In this document: piece by piece, positions 16,033 to 22,358 of the stretch
Layout of the letters: each line of letters opens with the position of its first letter
How positions within the stretch are numbered: the stretch's first letter is position 1
Source of the DNA: a candidate division WOR-3 bacterium
GTDB taxonomy: Bacteria > Hydrothermota > Hydrothermia > JBDRYB01
Length of the DNA: 22,358 nucleotides
Assembly: GCA_049969615.1 (NCBI GenBank)
Contig: JBMFOM010000021.1
Span: 1 to 22,358 of the forward strand
Reading direction: 5' to 3'
The notes under the pieces: model-generated
The model's database searches: none
What the model saw: the letters and a program-made list of their open reading frames with translations, nothing else
Told to the model about the DNA's origin: nothing
Position numbers and translations under genes: made by a program

Positions 16033-17439
16033 TCACCTGTTCAAATAGACCTTTGCCAGGCCTCGGTCCGTAGCCAGATAAGCAGAATCTCCCAGAATAA
16101 GGACATCCCAGCAGAAATCCGAGGGAAGGCCGTGGAAGGTCGTTATCCTATCCCACCTCCCTTTCTTTCTCTCAAGGAAATACGCGCCGTTTTCCGTCGC
16201 GATCGCTATGTATTTGCCGTTGCCGCATGACCCGTGAGGCCTCTGTGATACGGGCGAGAAGGGCAAGCTCATGTAGTCCCAGTCCACGCCGTTCCAGATA
16301 GCGAAACCGCCGTTGCCTATGATAAAAGCCGTGTCTCCCAGGAGGAATCCGGTGTATGCTTCGCCGGAGAGGAAGGCGCGTGGGTCCTCCAGTCTATAAA
16401 CCGTGAGGCTCTCTGAAACCAGATATGTCCCCGCGTCAGTTAGCGCGATGGTTCCCCATGAACCCGCGAGAACCTCGTTGACCCGCAGGGTAGAAGAGCC
16501 TTCCATCTCGCTGAGTTCATTGGTTCCGATCGTCCCGATCAACAACCCGCCGTCGGTTCCGACCCACAGCCTTTCCCCATCCAAGGCTATTGACCGGACA
16601 GGCCTGGTTGTCCTGGTTAGAATGAAGTTCTCGCCCTTTTTTCGCATCAGGCCGCAGGTCATGCCCAGGAAAACCAGGGTTTCCCTCACGGCTACCGCCA
16701 TGCCATCCCCACACCAGAAAAACCTCCCCCTTTGGTTGTATGTGAGCCAGAAGCCCCCGGAGAGCCGGGCCGCACCAGAATCCCCCACTGCCCAGAGCAC
16801 GGATGTGTCTCCGGCTAAGGCATAGACCCTTCTTAGGGGCGGCGAGACGCAGAGGGATTCCTGAAGTATCCATGTCTCCATCCGGTATCTGTATATGCCG
16901 CGACCAGCAGTACCAACCCAGAGGTCGCGCATGTCCGGATAAAAAACCCTCATTTCCACATTCCCCATCTCAAAGCTGGGCAGGTAATACGGGGTCAGAA
17001 AAAGGGTTGTGCTGTCGCCCCTCCGGGCGTTGACGCGCTCGCCAGCCCAGACAACGCCGTCCGTGGCCGGGTCACCCGTTGTAGAGGAACCGCCCTTTGA
17101 ATACGCGCCGCCATCCATGTATAGAAGCCTGGAACCAATCCCAAGGGACCTCGCGCTGGCCTGCGCGAGCATGAATGGCTGAGGGGAGCCCGGATACCAA
17201 CGCCAAAGCCATCCGCCTGAGATGAAATATACATCCCCGTTAGTTGGGTCTGGCGCGGCTATTGAGACCGGTTTCTCGGTGGATATCGCGTGTTCAAGTC
17301 TCGGCGGATAGCCCAGGAAAACCACCCCGACGCCGCCGTCTCCCGCGACATAGAGCCTGTTTCCCCACCTGCAGACCGAATTAACGCGCGCTAGGTCGGG
17401 CATTGGAAGGACCTCAAGCGATAGAAGCAGAACCAGCAT
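16033..17439 (-). CDS. Hypothetical exported beta-propeller protein
   Basis: Short hydrophobic N-terminus; repeated LWVGT.G.G, LWVGTDGGL, IATENG, GLPSD and YLATDRGL blades. Confidence 0.75.
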   Translation of the reverse strand: MLVLLLSLEVLPMPDLARVNSVCRWGNRLYVAGDGGVGVVFLGYPPRLEHAISTEKPVSIAAPDPTNGDVYFISGGWLWRWYPGSPQPFMLAQASARSLGIGSRLLYMDGGAYSKGGSSTTGDPATDGVVWAGERVNARRGDSTTLFLTPYYLPSFEMGNVEMRVFYPDMRDLWVGTAGRGIYRYRMETWILQESLCVSPPLRRVYALAGDTSVLWAVGDSGAARLSGGFWLTYNQRGRFFWCGDGMAVAVRETLVFLGMTCGLMRKKGENFILTRTTRPVRSIALDGERLWVGTDGGLLIGTIGTNELSEMEGSSTLRVNEVLAGSWGTIALTDAGTYLVSESLTVYRLEDPRAFLSGEAYTGFLLGDTAFIIGNGGFAIWNGVDWDYMSLPFSPVSQRPHGSCGNGKYIAIATENGAYFLERKKGRWDRITTFHGLPSDFCWDVLILGDSAYLATDRGLAKVYLNR

Positions 17440-17442
17440 CTC

Positions 17443-19005
17443 TCACCCTTCAGGAGGGGACCCCTCCGGCTCGCCGAAAACCTCAGCTATGGCCCCAGGG
17501 ATGAATTCCGCTATGTCAGAGGGGATAAGGGATGCCTCGCCCAGGCGTTCCGCGGCGAGATCTCCGGCCAGGCCGTGCAGATAGACTCCAGCTACGGCCG
17601 AATTCTCAGCGGAGATGCCCTGCGCGAGGAGAGAACCTATCACGCCGGCAAGCACATCCCCGGAGCCTCCAACGGCCATTCCGGGGTTGCCGGTGGGGTT
17701 TATGTATGTGGTATCCCTGGTGGCTATGATTGTTGGGCCTCCCTTCAGCACGAGGACCAGATTATCCCTTTCCGCGACAAAATCCTCCGCTACCCTGAGC
17801 CTGCCCAAGTCAATCTCGGCTGGTTGGACGTTCACGAAAAGGGCCATTTCGCCAGGATGTGGGGTCAGGACGATAGGGGATTTCCTCTTTTTCAGTAAGG
17901 AATCAATCTCACCGGCAATTGCCCAAAGGCCGTCCGCGTCCACTATGGCCGGAGCATCAATCCCTGAGAGGATTTCATTCGCGGCCTTTTTGGCGCCGGG
18001 GGTCCTGCCGAGGCCCGGCCCGATGACCAGGGCATCCAGCCTGAGCTCTTTTAGTGTCTTCAGGCCACCGGGCGCGACCGATCCGTCCTTCTCCGGCAAT
18101 CCAATCAGGATTGCCTCGGTCAGCTTGCCTACCAGGTGTGGCTTAAGGCTCTCTGGCACCGCGAGATAGACTATGCCCGCGCCCGTTCTCAGCGCGCCGC
18201 GGCCTGCCAGCAGTGCCGCGCCGGAGTATTGCCATGAACCGGCAACTATGACCAGCCTGCCAAAGGAGGATTTGTTCTCCGGCCCCACCCTTATTGGGAT
18301 TATCCCCGCGATATCCTTGTGCTCCGGAATCCACCTCCGGGCAACGGCCTCCAGGACGGGAGGTATCCCTATGTCCACGAGGAAGAGCTCGCCTGCCAGG
18401 AACTTTCCCGGATATATCAGATGGCCTATCTTGGGGTAGGCCATCGTCCCGGTTGCGTCCGCGGCCACCGCGGGCCCCAAGACCCTGCCTGTCGCGCCAT
18501 CTACCCCGGAGGGAATGTCCACTGAGAACACGAAGCCATCCGAGGCGTTTATGGCCTCTATTACCCATGCATAAATGCCCTCTGCCTTTCCGGAAAATCC
18601 GGTCCCAAAAACCGCGTCAATCACAACATCCGCGGCCGCGATCGCGTCCGCTATTCGTTTGTTCCGGCCAGTAATCTCGGTTATCTCAATGCCCAGCTTC
18701 TCAAGGATGCCTGCATATATTTTTGGGCTACCATTCAGCTCTGATTTTTTTCCCAGGAGAAAGACCTTGACCCTCGCGCCAGCGAATGAAGCGTACCTCG
18801 CTATGACAAAGCCGTCTCCGCCGTTGTTTCCCTTTCCGGCCACAACGACAACCGAGGCTCCGGCCATGTCCCCATATATCTCAGTTAGTCCGGCAAAACA
18901 ACCGCGACCGGCTGATTCCATGAGAACAGCGTCCGGAACCCCGAGCTTTTTTATGGTGAACTCATCCATCCCCCGCATCTCCTCAGGTGAAAGAACAGCG
19001 CGCAT
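17443..19005 (-). CDS. nnr: Bifunctional NAD(P)H-hydrate epimerase/dehydratase
   Basis: LMESAG, GKGNNGGDG, DAVFGTG, VDIPSG, IGPGLG, DADGL, LTPHPGEM and GGSGDVLAG. Confidence 0.96.
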   Translation of the reverse strand: MRAVLSPEEMRGMDEFTIKKLGVPDAVLMESAGRGCFAGLTEIYGDMAGASVVVVAGKGNNGGDGFVIARYASFAGARVKVFLLGKKSELNGSPKIYAGILEKLGIEITEITGRNKRIADAIAAADVVIDAVFGTGFSGKAEGIYAWVIEAINASDGFVFSVDIPSGVDGATGRVLGPAVAADATGTMAYPKIGHLIYPGKFLAGELFLVDIGIPPVLEAVARRWIPEHKDIAGIIPIRVGPENKSSFGRLVIVAGSWQYSGAALLAGRGALRTGAGIVYLAVPESLKPHLVGKLTEAILIGLPEKDGSVAPGGLKTLKELRLDALVIGPGLGRTPGAKKAANEILSGIDAPAIVDADGLWAIAGEIDSLLKKRKSPIVLTPHPGEMALFVNVQPAEIDLGRLRVAEDFVAERDNLVLVLKGGPTIIATRDTTYINPTGNPGMAVGGSGDVLAGVIGSLLAQGISAENSAVAGVYLHGLAGDLAAERLGEASLIPSDIAEFIPGAIAEVFGEPEGSPPEG

Positions 19006-19009
19006 GAAT

Positions 19010-19039
19010 AAATTATAACCCACTTCCCGCGCAGGATCA
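19010..19039 (-). promoter_or_regulatory. Promoter-like repeat, copy C; leaderless promoter of nnr
   Basis: Minus strand TGATCCTGCGCGGGAAGTGGGTTATAATTT; TATAAT is 6 nt before ATG 19005 and there is no RBS. Confidence 0.65.
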
Positions 19040-19048
19040 TGTATCTGG

Positions 19049-19086
19049 CCCTGAAAAATCCCGGTTTGTCAGCCTCATCATAGCTA
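19049..19086. repeat. Dispersed intergenic repeat, copy 2
   Basis: CCCTGAAAAATCCCGGTTTGTCAGCCTCATCATAGCTA, matching 7355-7391. Confidence 0.9.
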
Positions 19087-19120
19087 GAATGGTTTTAGGG
19101 TTAGGGGCGCCCTTGCGCGT

Positions 19121-19693
19121 TCAGGGCCAAACAAGAAAAAACCGGATCGCCAGCAAGATGTAAAACCCGATGATGACTAGCAATGTGCTCCTCTCGGATC
19201 TGAGCGCGGCTCGCCACACAGCACCCCTCCACGAGGTTTTCTGAGGAATTATCATGAACCTGTAGGTTCTCCGGCAGTAATCGGTGAATTCCTGGCCGAA
19301 TGCCTTGCTCAGATAGTCTTCCTCGGCCAGGATGATCAGCGCGTATTCGGCCCAGAATAGAACCGCGAAAGCCACGGCCAACCAGGGAAACAACGCGCCG
19401 GCCGAGACGGTCATTCCCAGGCCAACCAGAAAGTTTCCCCAGTATATTGGGTTGCGCGTCCACGCGTACGGCCCGTGTGTCATCAACCTCGGCGCCTCAA
19501 TCCTGGACGAGCGGGTCGTTGGCCCTGAGAATGAGACAGAGGCCCAGCGAGCCATCTCGCCGAGGATGACCAGGGCGACTCCTGCCAATAGCAGGATGAG
19601 CGATGGCCTCGCAAAGACCAGAGCAACAAGAAAGAATGGCACTCCGAGCCAGCCCCGGTTTCTGAAAAGCCACCTGCCGATTCTCAGCCTCAA
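19121..19693 (-). CDS. Isoprenylcysteine carboxyl methyltransferase (ICMT/Ste14/PEMT) family membrane protein
   Basis: LMTHGPYAWTRNPIYWG and EEDYLSKAFGQEFTDYC motifs with several TM helices. Confidence 0.88.
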   Translation of the reverse strand: MRLRIGRWLFRNRGWLGVPFFLVALVFARPSLILLLAGVALVILGEMARWASVSFSGPTTRSSRIEAPRLMTHGPYAWTRNPIYWGNFLVGLGMTVSAGALFPWLAVAFAVLFWAEYALIILAEEDYLSKAFGQEFTDYCRRTYRFMIIPQKTSWRGAVWRAALRSERSTLLVIIGFYILLAIRFFLVWP

Positions 19694-19785
19694 GAGAGAA
19701 AGTTTGGGGCCTTGTCCGGGCCGGGATCAAGTTTCGGGTCCGCGTGAGGAGGTGGGAATATGTGAGGGATCAGCCGGTCCGGCCC

Positions 19786-19814
19786 TTGACAGTCCAGGCT
19801 TTTTCGGTTATAAT
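19786..19814 (+). promoter_or_regulatory. Consensus sigma-70 promoter
   Basis: TTGACA-17 bp-TATAAT followed by a GGAGG RBS. Confidence 0.85.
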
Positions 19815-19836
19815 ATCACCACTTGGAGGTGATGAA

Positions 19837-20514
19837 ATGTTGCTTTTGAGCATAGCGCTTCTCGGCGATGAAACCATAAGCGACTGCTGTGAGCCAACTG
19901 GATATTACCAGTATATCTTCGGCTGGCAGGGCCCGATTGAGTCTAACGGATGCACGGGCGCTGGGCCGAACCTGCGCGGCTACATGTATTGGCCCATACC
20001 CGGCGATGTCGCGGACCTGAACATAAGCGCGGTCTATCTCAGGATGGTCACCAATACCAGCGCTTCTGTCAGCATGAACATCAACAAGGTCGGCAACTAT
20101 CCGCCAACCCCCCAGGATTGCGCTGACGAACCATACACGACCGGATATGTGCCCCCTGTTCCCGCTAATGTTGAGTTCCAGGTTCTCCTGGGAGGGAACA
20201 TAGTCGCGGATGTGAAGGCAAAGGCAGGCTCACAGTTCGGCCTCGGTATATCCGGAACCGGATCGGACAAGTTCTTCTACTCCCACTGGGCCCTGTATCC
20301 TGACGACGCGTGGCTGATCCTGATCACCTCGGTTGAGACCGAAGAAACCCCCGGCCCTGGCGCCCTGGTTCGCGCTGTCCTATATGATGCCTCGGGGAGG
20401 CCGGTCATGGACTACGGCTATGTCCGGGAGGATTTCGTTCCAGAGATGCGGGGCCTCAAGGGCGGGGTGTATATCCTGAAGAGAGGACAGGATGCCCTGA
20501 AGCTGTTTCGCTGA
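19837..20514 (+). CDS. Secreted hypothetical protein with degenerate T9SS-like C-terminal domain
   Basis: GGAGG RBS and MLLLSIALLG N-terminus; C-terminal SVETEE..LYDASGR..GGVYIL. Confidence 0.75.
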   Translation: MLLLSIALLGDETISDCCEPTGYYQYIFGWQGPIESNGCTGAGPNLRGYMYWPIPGDVADLNISAVYLRMVTNTSASVSMNINKVGNYPPTPQDCADEPYTTGYVPPVPANVEFQVLLGGNIVADVKAKAGSQFGLGISGTGSDKFFYSHWALYPDDAWLILITSVETEETPGPGALVRAVLYDASGRPVMDYGYVREDFVPEMRGLKGGVYILKRGQDALKLFR

Positions 20515-20518
20515 AGGC

Positions 20519-21868
20519 TCACAAGCATATTAACTTAGCGATGGCAAAGTAAATGCTGAGGCCTACCACATCCGCTACCGTGGTAATGAGTGGCGCTGAT
20601 ATTACCGCTGGGTCAAGCCTGAGGGCATATTTGCCAACGAACGGAAGGATGAAACCAACTATGTCTGCCGAGATGACGGTCGCCGAAAGGGCTATTCCCA
20701 GGGTAAGGGGAACCCGAATGTTGTGGACCCTGAGGAAGGCGATGAGGAACGCTGTGGCGCCGAGGATGAGGGCTATCCCCAGAGCGACGAAGAACTCGGC
20801 AACCAGTAGTTTTATGAAATCCCTGGCCCTGGCCTCGCCTGTCGCGAGGGCCCTCACTATGAGGGTCGCTGACTGGGACCCCATGTTCCCGCCGGTATCG
20901 GTGAGCATGGGAATGAAATAGCTGAGCGCGAGAACCGACCCCAGGACGAGTTCAAACCCCTGAATGACAAACCCGGAAAGTATCTCTGCGGCAAGGAGCG
21001 CCACGAGCCAGGGTATCCTCCTCCACATCTTCCCCCAGAGGCTAAGGTTGAAATATCTTTCCTCCGGGGACGCTATTGCCACGAGCCGGTGGAAATCCTC
21101 TGTGGCCTCAGCGGTTTGTATGTCTATGACATCGTCAGCCGTTATGACCCCGAGGAGCTCCCCATTGTTGTTGACAACCGGCAATGCCAGGAGGTTGTAT
21201 TTTCCGAGTAGCCTCGCGGCCTCTTCGGCTGGTTCATCCGCCCTTATGGTTGGCACAGGGCTTTCCATTATCTCGGAGAGCGCGGTATCTGGTTGCGCCC
21301 TCAGGAGGTCAACGGCCGACACCGTGCCTAGGAGAACATCGTGGTCATCGGTTATCATTATCTGATAAAGCGCCTCCTCCTTAGGTTGGGTTCGCCTTAT
21401 CTTATCTATAAGCTCGCCAACCGTGACCGAGGCGCACTCCTCCATGAAATCCGTTGACATTACACGGCCAGCCGAATCCTCAGGATAACCGAGTATCATC
21501 ATGACCTCCTGCCTGTCCTCCTTGGAAATCAAAGCCATTATGCGCTTGACCACCTGAGGAGGCAGTTCCGAGAACAGCGCGGCCCGGTCATCCGGATCCA
21601 GATCCTCAATTATGGCGCGGGTCTCCTCGCCAGTAAAGTGCTCAAGCAGTTCCTCGGCCAGGTCCGGGTCAAGCTCGGAGAAAACCTCACCTGCTGTTTC
21701 CTTGTCCAGCAATCGGAAAATGACAACCCGTTCCTTTGGTGGAAGAACAGAGAGGAGCTCAACTATGTCCTGGGGCCAGAGATAAGAGAGAACTTCCTTT
21801 ACTTCAGCATAATGCCCCTCGGAGAGGGCCTCCGCGATATCAGGCAATATGAACCCGGCCAGGTCCAT
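20519..21868 (-). CDS. mgtE: Magnesium transporter MgtE
   Basis: MgtE N-domain, YPEDSAGRVM, CBS pair, RIPWL, DTGGNMGSQ and DPAVISAPLITTVADVVG. Confidence 0.97.
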   Translation of the reverse strand: MDLAGFILPDIAEALSEGHYAEVKEVLSYLWPQDIVELLSVLPPKERVVIFRLLDKETAGEVFSELDPDLAEELLEHFTGEETRAIIEDLDPDDRAALFSELPPQVVKRIMALISKEDRQEVMMILGYPEDSAGRVMSTDFMEECASVTVGELIDKIRRTQPKEEALYQIMITDDHDVLLGTVSAVDLLRAQPDTALSEIMESPVPTIRADEPAEEAARLLGKYNLLALPVVNNNGELLGVITADDVIDIQTAEATEDFHRLVAIASPEERYFNLSLWGKMWRRIPWLVALLAAEILSGFVIQGFELVLGSVLALSYFIPMLTDTGGNMGSQSATLIVRALATGEARARDFIKLLVAEFFVALGIALILGATAFLIAFLRVHNIRVPLTLGIALSATVISADIVGFILPFVGKYALRLDPAVISAPLITTVADVVGLSIYFAIAKLICL

Positions 21869-21903
21869 TTGATTTCTCTCCGGCTACTTCGGGGCACGGA
21901 GAA

Positions 21904-21933
21904 ATTATAATGCCGGCGATGGGCACGGATCAA
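21904..21933 (-). promoter_or_regulatory. Putative sigma-70 promoter of mgtE
   Basis: Minus strand TTGATC-18 bp-TATAAT. Confidence 0.55.
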
Positions 21934-22156
21934 GCACGCCGGGCCATCCGGGTCCCCGCCAGGATGTCGCTCAGGAACAAGTAATTTATACAGATCTAGA
22001 TCTTCTAGAAACATGTTCCGGGGACGACAGGGTGAGGTTATTTTCCTCCGGTCGCTTTATGACCCGGATTTTTCGGCAGGTTTTGAGATCAGTATTGTCA
22101 GCATGTCTGCGGAGTTTTGTCCTTGGCTCGGTGAAATCATATTCGGGGAATTTGAT

Positions 22157-22358
22157 CCGGGGAGGCCCGTAAGCCGGATTCTGTTTTATGCGGCCATTTA
22201 TCTTGGCGCGCGGAGACCGCGCGCTCGTGCGGCCTACCCGGGGGTTCGTGGGGCCGGGCCAGCCCCGTTTCCCCCCTTATTTGGCCTTGCTCCGGGCGGG
22301 GGTTGCCAGCGCAGGAGTTGCCCCTCTGCCTGGTGGGCTCTTACCCCACCGTTTCACC
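22157..22358 (-). ncRNA. rnpB: RNase P RNA (bacterial type A), 3' portion; 5' end lies outside the window
   Basis: Minus strand GGTGAAACGGTGGGGTAAGAGCCCACC...GGAGCAAGGCCAAATA...CCGGGTAGGC...AGATAAATG...ACAGAATCCGGCTTA, the conserved RNase P regions. Confidence 0.95.

Noticed and set aside
7355-19086. The 37-bp direct repeats as attL/attR
   Set aside because: They enclose mostly housekeeping genes (pdp, dtd, nnr), are not in a tRNA, and no recombinase is present.
910-21910. Numerous antisense and alternate-frame ORFs (e.g. 910-1512, 4748-5278, 13375-14019, 14800-15414, 15496-16230)
   Set aside because: They shadow well-supported genes in GC-rich DNA and have no recognisable motifs.
21870-22156. 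M-box (ykoK) riboswitch upstream of mgtE
   Set aside because: A promoter lies only about 35 nt from the start codon and I recognise no M-box consensus.

Overview
Bacterial chromosomal window, mostly GC-rich. The short hydrophobic N-termini and YPNP/YDAxGR/GVY C-terminal sorting domains suggest an FCB-related candidate lineage such as WOR-3 (inference only). The right half is housekeeping: orphan V-ATPase subunit F, pyrimidine-nucleoside phosphorylase, dtd, a solitary DNA methyltransferase, nnr, an ICMT-family protein, mgtE, the 3' part of the RNase P RNA, and secreted proteins. The left half holds two phage-derived islets separated by glycan-modification genes and a Panacea/RelE toxin-antitoxin pair. 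Islet 1 is a self-cleaving XRE-S24 repressor divergent from a sigma-70-like factor split into region-2 and region-4-like ORFs. Islet 2 is an intact 7-gene head-neck-tail operon (HK97 protease, capsid, connector, closure, terminator, tail tube, chaperone) with no terminase, portal, tape measure, integrase or lysis genes. The upstream regions of the two islets, about 10.5 kb apart, share a tripartite motif, CAAGGC-N6/7-TGAGWCA-N5/6-GCACTATTA. This suggests a domesticated, dispersed, DNA-damage-inducible phage-like particle system (GTA/PBSX-like). All family assignments come from motif recognition by eye; no searches were run.
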